A stretch of DNA of 24,529 nt from a virus (lineage: Duplodnaviria > Caudoviricetes): positions 1 through 24,529 of the IMG/VR virus record IMGVR_UViG_3300012878_000055. One strand, given 5' to 3'. The number at the start of each line of letters is the position of its first letter. Within the stretch, counting starts at the first letter, position 1. A program made the position numbers and the translations under genes. Positions 7,291-16,400 of this stretch are shown piece by piece. The notes below the pieces were generated by a model that saw only the letters and a program-made list of their open reading frames with translations, had not been told where the DNA came from and did not search any database.

Positions 7291-7695
7291 CTATCGCGGG
7301 GGAGGTCCTGCGCTGTCCAGCCCGGGCGGGGACTTCAACGCCTCGCGCAGCCGTCGCTCCTGATGGAGCTCAATCCGCGAGCGCTTCGGTTGGGCCGGGG
7401 CTTCCAGCGTGGCCGTAAGCCTCCGCACCGCCTCTCGCAGTGGCACACCCTCAAGAACCCGCGCCGCGCACCACCGCTCGGCGTAACGCTTACCTTGTTC
7501 GACACTGGCCGCCCCCACCCGCTTGTCCTGCCACAGCTTCCGACAGGAGAGGGTCACTGCAATCCCACTGGCACCTGGCTGAACGCTGGCGATCTGGCGG
7601 TTGCCCCACCACAGTCCCCAATGCTCACCGTACCGCACCCAGCCTTGAGGCCGAGGGGCGGTCATGAATCCGGTCTGGTCGCAGGGCGGGAGCAT
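7291..7695 (-). CDS. Trp-rich hypothetical protein, paralogue copy 2 (134 aa)
   Basis: Shares HWGLWWGN.QIASVQP, LSCRKLWQDK, QGKRYAERWCA and QERRLREALK with 4043-4450. Confidence 0.8.
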   Translation of the reverse strand: MLPPCDQTGFMTAPRPQGWVRYGEHWGLWWGNRQIASVQPGASGIAVTLSCRKLWQDKRVGAASVEQGKRYAERWCAARVLEGVPLREAVRRLTATLEAPAQPKRSRIELHQERRLREALKSPPGLDSAGPPPR

Positions 7696-7702
7696 GCCGG
7701 GA

Positions 7703-7723
7703 AGGATACGCCCGGGCGTCTCA
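7703..7723 (-). promoter_or_regulatory. Conserved upstream motif copy 2
   Basis: Identical 21-mer to 4458-4478, same 7-nt distance from TATCCT to ATG. Confidence 0.7.
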
Positions 7724-7871
7724 TCGACTGCGACCGTGCGTCTGCGGGGCGCTGCTCAGGCGCTCCCGCGTAAAGCAGCCAATGGCCCGCAGGTCCGACA
7801 CGGATAGGTTGCGCCAGCGCCCGGGACCAAAACTACCGGGATTCCGGCAGGTCAGTGCGCCGCCCTGACCA

Positions 7872-8111
7872 TTAGGCCGTGAAGAGGGCCTCGCGTAGGT
7901 CATCTCGCACCGTGACCGTGATCTGCCCCGACAGGTAGAGCGCGGCGACATACCCCAGCCCGCGCTGGCGTAGATTCTCCGCCACTTCGGTGCTGCTGGT
8001 TTCTCTGGCCGCGCGGCGCGCTTGGAGCAGCTCGGCCCACCAGCCCTGTAGCTCATCGGGAAGCAGGTGCTTCTGGTCTTCCAATCGCCGGAGGCGGGGC
8101 CTTGATGGCAT
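7872..8111 (-). CDS. Small helical hypothetical protein (about 79 aa)
   Basis: ATG at 8111 within ORF 7872-8153; fills the gap between neighbours; start uncertain. Confidence 0.6.
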   Translation of the reverse strand: MPSRPRLRRLEDQKHLLPDELQGWWAELLQARRAARETSSTEVAENLRQRGLGYVAALYLSGQITVTVRDDLREALFTA

Positions 8112-8225
8112 GAGGCAGACTCGGAAAGGGTTGGGCCTCCATCCTACCCCCACCTCACGTCGTGGGCGCTTGGTGCCGGTTGTGGCCTGTCAGACCGATC
8201 TACAGGTCCATCAGCAACTCGCGCA

Positions 8226-8420
8226 TCACTGGGGGTCGTCGGCATCTTCCACGGCGGTGAACTTGTAGACCTTGCCCACCACCAGGCCCGCGGCATCGAC
8301 CGGCGGCACCGTCATGCTGATCTGCGGCACCCCGGTGGTGACCGGCACAAAGCTGAGCGTCACCACGCCGGGCTGGTCTGCGGTCTTCATTTCCATGTTG
8401 AGTTTGGCGCGAAATTCCAT
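8226..8420 (-). CDS. Small hypothetical phage protein downstream of the fibre (64 aa)
   Basis: GGAG RBS, high GC3 codon usage, beta-rich sequence. Confidence 0.75.
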   Translation of the reverse strand: MEFRAKLNMEMKTADQPGVVTLSFVPVTTGVPQISMTVPPVDAAGLVVGKVYKFTAVEDADDPQ

Positions 8421-8471
8421 GTGTCATCTCCAGGTATGCGGCGGCAAGATCGCTGGCCGCCGCGTCAGCGG

Positions 8472-11400
8472 TTACTGCTCGATCGACACCAGCGAAAGGC
8501 TCTGGGTGATCGTCTGTTGGTCGAACGAACCAGACTGGTGGGTGACGGTCTGCTCGGTGAAGCCCACCACCTCGGCCCGATACGACCGCTGGGTGGAGCC
8601 ATCGGCGGGGTCGTTGATCGAGATCGACCCGGCCCAGGTCGAGGTGGCCCGGTCGGGGCCGTCGAACTCGTTGAGAATTTCGACGCTGCCGCCCACCCCG
8701 AACTGCTGCCACAGCACTTCGCCCTGACCATTGAGGGTCCGATACACGTTGATGGTTGCCGCGTTGGCGCCGGCGCCAGCGACAAAGCCCTGCGAGCCCA
8801 ACGCACTCTTGATCCGGCTGTGCCGGCGCGAGAATCCGATGGTCACAGCCTTGTTGCGCCCGTTGGTGCTGAACATTCCAGTCGTGACCGACGCGCCCAC
8901 CGTGGTCGTGGTGGTGGTCTGTACCGCATTGCGCAGGACGCCGGCAGCCAGCGACCCACCCCAATAGGCGTTACCGCCGTCGTCCATCCACATCGTGGCG
9001 TTGGCCTTGCTGGCCGCCGCCGCGCCGACGTTGGGCCCGAAGTAGTCCACCAGACCTTCGCCGGGCACGCCGAAGCCGTTGCCGATGATCCGCTGGGAAT
9101 TGCCGCGGTAGACACGGATATAGCCGTTCTGCCACTCCATCCCATCCGCGCCGCCCGGGGCCAGCACGCGGAGCACGTCCGCCCGGATCTTGAACTCGCT
9201 CTTGGCGCCGTTGTTGCGCACCTCCAACCCGGCGATCACACCGTTCACGTCCGTGTACAGCGCGGCGCTCGCGTAGCTCTCGTTGCCGCCCGCCGACCAG
9301 GGGGACGGCCCGGTCTTCTCGGGTGCCACCTGCTCCAACATCGGCCGCAGCCAACGTACAAACCGATCCTGTCCGGCGACGTGCTGGGTGGCGAAGTGAA
9401 TTCGCATGGTCGCCGTGCCAGCAGGCGCATGGAACTTCGACCACAGCCGTGTGTATGACTCGATGGTGGCACCGCCGCCCAGAAGGTTGGTCAACGGGCA
9501 GGTGCCACGGGCGATCTCGTTCCCGGCGCTATTGAGGCAGCTGACGTTGAAGTAGCCCGCGTAACCGGATGCGTACACCGAGAAGATGTAGGTTTTGTCA
9601 CCTTCCACTGGCAGATCCGCGCCCGGCCAGACATAGGAGATCCCGCTGCGGTCGGCAAGGCCAGCCACGATCAGCGCGCGCATGCCAACCGGGATGCCTT
9701 GATCACTCGCACCACTGGCAAAGCCAGGTCCCTGCTGGGCGTACTTCCTCAACCCCTGCACGTCCTCAGGCGACCAAAAGCCCTCCCAGCCCGGGGTGGT
9801 GCCCACGCCAATAGGCCCATCGAACATCGAGTTGACGACCAGGTTTCCGCCCGCTGCCGCGTTTGCCGACACCTTGGCGTCCAACTGCAGCAGCGCTTGG
9901 GAGCTGGCCTTACCGTCCACCTGCGCCTGGACGCTGTCTATCCGCGTTCCCTGGGCAGTGATTAGCCCGCCCTGCTGGGTAACGGTGGCGGTCAGAGAGG
10001 ACAACCCACTGGCGTTTGCCTCCGACGATTGCTGGTCCGTTACGTCGTACAGCTCCACCCGGTCGATGCGGATGGCCGCAACGTTGGGCCAGCAATACAC
10101 CTGCAGCCTGACAGCACCCACCGTAGCGTCGACCGCATCGAAATCCACCGTGTAACTGGCGAAACTGGAGGTGAGCGTCAGCGTCTTGTCGTTGTTGCTG
10201 GTGGCCCCTGTTTCGCGATTCCGTCGCTCCAGGCGCAGCATCAGGTTCATCGCGCCCGAAACACCGCGCGCGCGCACCACCGCTCGATACCGCCGGATGC
10301 CTCGGCTGGGGAACCACTGCGCTCCATTGGCCGCCAGCGATGGGTTGGTGGCCGTCCCGGTCTTGTCGAGTAGGAACCCCGCCTTTCCGTCACCGTTCGT
10401 CCCGCTCCACACCGGAAGTGGTGCGCCACCCGGCTGCCACCACGCAGCCCCGTCGGCAAAGTCGCTGTTGGCCAGCATGTTGTCGCCGACCGTCCGAAGG
10501 CCATTCAAGGTGGCGCTGACACTGGTCACCGACTGGCCCAGGGAGGTCAGGGAGCCTTCTGCCGCAGTCACGCGGGTGGTCAGCGCATTGGTGGCCGAAG
10601 CGTTCGCTGCACCGGCAGCAGCCAGCTCGCTACCGCTGGGCATCCAGGCCGTGGGAACCTCACCCTCCTGGAACTGCATGTTGTCGATGGTGAGATCCAG
10701 GTCACCAACGGCGCCCGAGTTGTGCGCCCGCCAGAAGACACGCGCCGCCACCGAGCCAGCCGGCGCCGCGTAGGGACTGACCAGCACGTAGCGCTGAAAG
10801 TCCGCCGTGACGGCAAACTGAACTTGAATCGTGCCGTTGCCCGCATTGGACGCCGTAAGGAACTGGATGTACCCGTCCATTCGCTGCCCCACCGGGCCGC
10901 GCGCATATACCGTGCTGACGTACTTTTTCCCCGGGGTCACCTTCGGCCGATCTGCTGCCTGCAGCTCCACGCCCAGATAGGCGCCACCATCGGCGCCCGC
11001 GCGGAACATCCGCAGCGCCTTGGTCGAACCAGGCAACGGCGAATCCACGTAGCTGACCGTGAACGTCCCACTGGAACTGGTGACGTACCGCATGGGCACC
11101 GCGCCGTCTGACGTGCGCTCTTCCAGCGAGCTGTTCATCAGCAGGTTGTCGCCGCCGATGTTCTGCAGCTGCGCGCTGACGGTCGTCAGGGCCTGACCCT
11201 GCGCCACCACCGTGCCCTCCAGGCTGGTGACCTTGCCATCCAACAGGCTCATCGCCGCGGCGGTCGCGTCGATGCCGGCATGGATCGCACGATTGCCGTC
11301 CATTCCGACCGGCACGCCGTTAATCACCTGCAGGCTGTACTCGCACCACAGGTCCTGCCGATTGTTGGCCCCGCCCACTGGCGCCAACGGACTCAGCACC

Positions 11401-13430
11401 TCGATGCCGCCACCCGCGCCGAGCCGGCGGCGGCCGACGAAGACGTACATGCGCGAACCGGTCACCAGCTTCCACGTTGCGGCCGATGCCCCCGCATCCA
11501 GCATCACCGCACGTAGCGCGTTCTGCGCCGGTGCATCGGTATGCGTGGTGCCCACACTGTCGCTCGTGTAGACCAGGAAGTACTGGTTTTCCGGCAAGGC
11601 GGCGATGTGGTCGGCCATCTCCTGCAGTTTTGCCACAGCGCCCCACCCGTCGAAGGAGACGCGTGCACCCAGCGTTCCGTCCGCATTGAGGGGAACCACG
11701 TTGAACCCGCGATTCCCGCCGTACTGCAGCGTGCCAGCCGCATTGCGGACGCCAGAACCCAACGGTGTGCCGCTGGGTGCACTGCCGATGCCCGCACTGG
11801 AGCACACGTTGTAGACCTTCAGGTTGCCGATGCCGGCAGCCAAGCCGTCGGCCTTCGCGGTCACGCTGGTGATCGCCGTTCCTTGGCTGGTCAGCCGCCC
11901 ATCGATGTTGGTCACCTTCGTGTCCAACGCCGTCAGCGCGGCCGCGCTCGCCTTGCCGTCAAGCTGCGCCTTCACCGCCGTGATATCGCTGGCGTTGGCC
12001 TGGTCACCGCTGACCCGCGCCTGGGCCTCGCTGGTGACGCTGGCCTCGGTGGCCACCTTGCCGCTGCCGGCCGGCATGCGGGCTTCCATGGTGGTGATGC
12101 GCGCCACCTGGGCGCTGTCGGCCGCCACACGCGCAGTGCGCTCGTCGGCAACGAACCCCTGTGTCACCCCGGCCAGGTCGTTGCCCGTGTAGTTGCCGCG
12201 CATCTGCACGGCCAGGGTGTTGCGCTGGGTCGCCTCGGCCGCCAGTGCGGTGATGCGGGCCTGGGTTTCTTCCTGGACCAACGCCACGCTGGCGCCGGGC
12301 GTCGGACGGCCGATGGCCACCCAGTCGATCAGGAAGTAGCTCGACACGGTCTGGGCCGCGCCGGGCTGCAGTCGGATCGCCGCCAAGGTGGCCGGCCACC
12401 ACACTACGTCGGCGGCATCCATGATCGCCACGCCGTCGCTGTCCCACGCCGGTTCGTCCATCACCAGGCGCTTGGCGGTGTTCCATGCGCCGTCGGTGGT
12501 GGTGGTCCACTGCAGCACGCCGGCCCACGTCGGGGTGCCCACCTTGCGAACGCGCAGCTTCACGTAGCGGTACACCGCACCGTCGATCGCCAGCGCCGCC
12601 GGCGACTGCACGTAGGGATTGGCCGCGGCATTGGCCGGCCGCAGCCACCCGTCCACCAGCGTGGGCACGCCGTTGCCGCTCCAGCCCTCCACGGTCTGGT
12701 CGAAGTACCAGATGCGCTTGCTGTCGAACTGGGTGCCGCTGCCGGCGGCTACCTCGGACAGCGCGCGCGACAGCGACTCCACTTCGCTCTGGCGCGTCTG
12801 CTGCTCGGCTGTGATCGCCGCCTCGCGGGCCAGCTTCTCGTTCAACAGCCCGTCAACGCGGGCCGCAGACTCGGCGCTGATGGCCCCCATGGCCTGGCTG
12901 ATGGCCGACACACGGGCCTGCGTCTCGGTCACCAGGTCGGCGGTGACCTTGGCGATCCCCTGGGCACGCGCTGCCGCCTCGTTGGCATCGGCCGCGATGC
13001 GGTCGGCAATCTCCTTTTCGAGCTTCAGCCGCTGCTCGGTCAGCTGCTCGGTGGTGGGCACCGGCGTGGCTTCCACCACCGCACCCTGCCCCGGCTTGCC
13101 GCGCACCGAAGCCGTGATCCGGAAAAACCACGTCTGCCCGCTGCCATCACTGTAGAGGTAGCGGGTGTCGGTGGTGCGGTAGATCTCCGTCCACGGGCCC
13201 TGCTGGGTCGGCCCACGCTCGATGATGTAGACCACCCCGGCCTGGTCGACGGCGGCCCATTCGATCAGGACGCCATCTGCCACCGGCTCCGGCGTCACGC
13301 CCTCGACAGGCGGCGTGTCCGGCGAGACGTAGATCGTCGGGAACCAGGACGCGCGCCGCGGCGCCGGCGGCGTCACCGACGGAAGCGCGCCCGCCCCGAT
13401 ATCGATCAGGGTGTTTTTCCTTGCCTGCAT
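8472..13430 (-). CDS. Central tail fibre / host-specificity protein (FN3, coiled coils, CBM-like modules, ILEI/GG-like module, J-like C-terminal region)
   Basis: 1652 aa directly after the TMP; FN3-like N-terminus; three G.NL..NS.F/L-initiated jelly-roll-like modules; repeated coiled-coil linkers; DVNGVIAG...SEFKIRAD resembles the gpJ C-terminal (DUF1983-like) motif. Confidence 0.85.
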   Translation of the reverse strand: MQARKNTLIDIGAGALPSVTPPAPRRASWFPTIYVSPDTPPVEGVTPEPVADGVLIEWAAVDQAGVVYIIERGPTQQGPWTEIYRTTDTRYLYSDGSGQTWFFRITASVRGKPGQGAVVEATPVPTTEQLTEQRLKLEKEIADRIAADANEAAARAQGIAKVTADLVTETQARVSAISQAMGAISAESAARVDGLLNEKLAREAAITAEQQTRQSEVESLSRALSEVAAGSGTQFDSKRIWYFDQTVEGWSGNGVPTLVDGWLRPANAAANPYVQSPAALAIDGAVYRYVKLRVRKVGTPTWAGVLQWTTTTDGAWNTAKRLVMDEPAWDSDGVAIMDAADVVWWPATLAAIRLQPGAAQTVSSYFLIDWVAIGRPTPGASVALVQEETQARITALAAEATQRNTLAVQMRGNYTGNDLAGVTQGFVADERTARVAADSAQVARITTMEARMPAGSGKVATEASVTSEAQARVSGDQANASDITAVKAQLDGKASAAALTALDTKVTNIDGRLTSQGTAITSVTAKADGLAAGIGNLKVYNVCSSAGIGSAPSGTPLGSGVRNAAGTLQYGGNRGFNVVPLNADGTLGARVSFDGWGAVAKLQEMADHIAALPENQYFLVYTSDSVGTTHTDAPAQNALRAVMLDAGASAATWKLVTGSRMYVFVGRRRLGAGGGIEVLSPLAPVGGANNRQDLWCEYSLQVINGVPVGMDGNRAIHAGIDATAAAMSLLDGKVTSLEGTVVAQGQALTTVSAQLQNIGGDNLLMNSSLEERTSDGAVPMRYVTSSSGTFTVSYVDSPLPGSTKALRMFRAGADGGAYLGVELQAADRPKVTPGKKYVSTVYARGPVGQRMDGYIQFLTASNAGNGTIQVQFAVTADFQRYVLVSPYAAPAGSVAARVFWRAHNSGAVGDLDLTIDNMQFQEGEVPTAWMPSGSELAAAGAANASATNALTTRVTAAEGSLTSLGQSVTSVSATLNGLRTVGDNMLANSDFADGAAWWQPGGAPLPVWSGTNGDGKAGFLLDKTGTATNPSLAANGAQWFPSRGIRRYRAVVRARGVSGAMNLMLRLERRNRETGATSNNDKTLTLTSSFASYTVDFDAVDATVGAVRLQVYCWPNVAAIRIDRVELYDVTDQQSSEANASGLSSLTATVTQQGGLITAQGTRIDSVQAQVDGKASSQALLQLDAKVSANAAAGGNLVVNSMFDGPIGVGTTPGWEGFWSPEDVQGLRKYAQQGPGFASGASDQGIPVGMRALIVAGLADRSGISYVWPGADLPVEGDKTYIFSVYASGYAGYFNVSCLNSAGNEIARGTCPLTNLLGGGATIESYTRLWSKFHAPAGTATMRIHFATQHVAGQDRFVRWLRPMLEQVAPEKTGPSPWSAGGNESYASAALYTDVNGVIAGLEVRNNGAKSEFKIRADVLRVLAPGGADGMEWQNGYIRVYRGNSQRIIGNGFGVPGEGLVDYFGPNVGAAAASKANATMWMDDGGNAYWGGSLAAGVLRNAVQTTTTTTVGASVTTGMFSTNGRNKAVTIGFSRRHSRIKSALGSQGFVAGAGANAATINVYRTLNGQGEVLWQQFGVGGSVEILNEFDGPDRATSTWAGSISINDPADGSTQRSYRAEVVGFTEQTVTHQSGSFDQQTITQSLSLVSIEQ

Positions 13431-13435
13431 GTGAA

Positions 13436-16400
13436 TTACCTTGCGTTGAGCGCTGTGCGCATTGCCGAACTGCTGCTGGTGCGTACGCCTGTGGTGGTGA
13501 CCGACAGCAGGTCCCGGATCAGCTCGTTCTGCTCTGCCAGCAGGGCGTTGCTCTGCTGCAGCGCTGCGTTGGTTTCGGCCTGGCCCTTCCCCTCGACCAC
13601 CAGGTCGAACACCGCCCGGCTGAAGTTGTCCGGCAGCGCCTCGATGGCATCTGCCAGCTGTCCCATGCTGGTGCCATCCTCGGTGTCGAGGTTGCCCACC
13701 TTCATGCTGTCGATGAGGCCGGTGACCTGGCCATACAGGCCGTTGTAATCCTGCCCGCTGGCGTAGAGGTTCCGACCGAAGCCCAAGGCCGCCTGTGCGG
13801 CCGCCTGCGCGGCGCTGGTGTCGCCACCGGCCACCGCACGCTCCAGCTCCTGCATCGTCTTCTGGAGCTTCTCCTGGTCGGTCAGCGGCGACAGGTCGCT
13901 GGTGTCCAACCCGTACCGCATCGCCTTCTTGTCGGCGTCGATCTGTGCCTGGAGCTTGCCCATGTTCGTCGCGCGCAACGCCTCGATCTTGGCCAGGTCC
14001 TCGGCGCGGGCACCGGACAAGCCCAGCGCCTTGGCGTAGTCGTTGGCCGCCTTCACCTGCTGGCGGTACGTGCGTTCAATCGTGAGCGCCTGCGACTGGT
14101 ACTGGGTCAGGTCGCCGGTGAGCAGCTCGGTACTGACGTCAGCCATCAGGCTTGCGTAGTTGCCCAGCAGGCCGCTCACCTTCTCGATCTGGGTGGCCAG
14201 GTCCGTGCCGGCCACGCTGGCCAGGTCCTGGAAGTAATCCACCGCCTTGTTGACCTTCTCGATCTCCATCGAATTCAGCGCGCGGCCGAGCTGGTCGGCG
14301 TTGCCCACCGCCAGCGCGATCGATGCGCTGAGCGCGGAGAAGACGTCGGACGCCTCGAAGTACCCATCCAGCTGGCCACCGAACCCGGCCGCCTTCACAG
14401 CCTCGGTGAACAGCCGGTCGGTCATGTCGCCCAGGTAGGCTTCCAGCTGCGACTTCGCCTCGGCCGAATCGGCCGACAGCTGCAGCTTGCCCAGCGATAC
14501 CTTCACCCCGGCCAGCTGCCGCGACAGGTCGACGCCGAGTTGCTTGGCCAGGTCCGTCGTGGCGCCACGCACCTGGCGTGCGGCCATGTCGAACGTGCGA
14601 TCAATGCCCGGGTCAAGCGAACCGTACTGCGTCCACTTCTTGTCGCTGCGGAACATGCCTCCCTTCGCCTTGATATCCGCGTAGGACTGGCCGTCGAACC
14701 CACCGAAGCCGTAACTGCCGGTGAGCCCCTGCCCCGTCACCTTGGGCGCGCTGCGGCCGAAAAGCTTGGCGTGGATGCTGGACCCGGACAGGATCGATGC
14801 CGTCTTGTCGTTGAAGCCCAGCCCACGGAACCCCTTGTCCGCCAAGCCCACCGCACCGCCGGTGGCGATCTTGCCGGCCCAGCTTTCGCCGTTGGCAATA
14901 TCCCAGCCTTGGTCGAACAGCTCGGCGTTCTTCATCATGCCGGCGACGATCCAGCCAATGATCGGCACAGCCGCCGCAGCGGTCGAACCGGCCGCACCCG
15001 CGCCAGCTCCAGCGCTGGCACCACCGCCTGCGAAGCCGGCCACGTTGCTGCCGAATCCAGCCATCGAGCCGGCCGACGAGCCGATCCCAAAATATGCATT
15101 GGTGGCACCGGCGGCGCCCGCTCCTCCGCTGAACAGCCCCTGCCCCTTGGACAGAATCCCGGCGAGATTGCCAACGTTCTGCCCACCACCGGCCGAGCCG
15201 TTCCCGCCGAACAGCCCCATCAGGCTATCCATGCTGAAGCCGCCGCCCTGGCTGCCCCAGTTGCTTATGCCGTCCATGATCCGGGTTTGGATCGGGATCA
15301 CCAGCTTCTGCTGCAGCAGCTCCCGGGCAAGGTCACGCAGCCCCTGCTTTGCGGTGTCCTTCAGGTCATCCCACAGTCCGTTGAAGTCACGCAGGCCACT
15401 GGCCACGAAGTCGGACATGGCGTCAGCGGCGTCATCCACGCCATGCAGCACGACGTTGGCCCAGGCCTCGACGTTGGCGGCCGCTTCTTCAACCTGAAGG
15501 GACAGGGCCGCCGCAGCATCGGCGGCGTCCAGCATCGACCGTTCGTACTGCTCGTAGCTGCCCGCACCCTTGGCCAGCGCCAGCGCTTCCTTGCTGCCGG
15601 CGGCCTCGACTGCCTTCTGCAGCTCTTCGCGCATGTCGCGCTCGTTCATCAGCTGCCGGCGGTACAGCTCGCGTGCGCGCCCGACCTTGCCGAGCATCAC
15701 CAGCTCACCGTCCATGGCGGCAATCAGCGCCTCGGGAGCGCCCATCGCCTTCTCGACCTGAGTGGCAAGCTTGGCGTACTCCATGGCACCCTGGGCCATC
15801 AGTACATTGGCGTCGGCCTGGGCGACAGCACCCTTCTCCAATAGCTCGTTGTACTGAGCCATGTTGTTGAGATGCTTCGCCATGGCCTCAGCGAGCGGAC
15901 CATTCATCGCGCCAGCAGCTTCCTCTGCCTGTTGCTGATAGCGCTTGATCGACTCAGCATCGGCTTTGCGATCCTTCGCGCCGGCACGTTCAGCTGCGGA
16001 GGCAGCCTTACGTGATTCAGTGAAGTTCTTCTGCGCGGCAGCCAGCTCGGTCTGCAGCCGGATGTACTGGGCGCCTTGCTCGATGTATTGCTTGACCTTG
16101 GGGTCGTCGCGCTTGGAGAAGTCGAGGCCACCGGCCTGCGCCTCCTTGAACCAATCGGCCACATCCAGCTTGGCGACGTCCGCCGCACCCTTGCCGACGC
16201 GCGCGAGCTGCCCTGGCAGCGATTGCATCGCCGAAGCGATGCGCTTGCCTGCTGCGCCGGCCGAATCGCCCAGCGCATTGAACGAACCCGACAGTGCGTC
16301 GGTTGCGCTCTTCGCCTGGGTACTACTCCCGGTAAATGCCTCGAGGATCGACCTCTTTCGGTCGACCTCCCGGCCAGCGGTAGCAGCCGCAGCCGTTTCT

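Noticed and set aside
4043-7734. Composite transposon or CRISPR-like array
   Set aside because: The flanking repeats are diverged coding genes with no transposase features or terminal inverted repeats; there are no regularly spaced repeats with spacers.
8472-13430. Diversity-generating retroelement or invertible tail-fibre shufflon
   Set aside because: No reverse transcriptase, invertase, template/variable repeat pair or inverted fibre fragments seen in the window.
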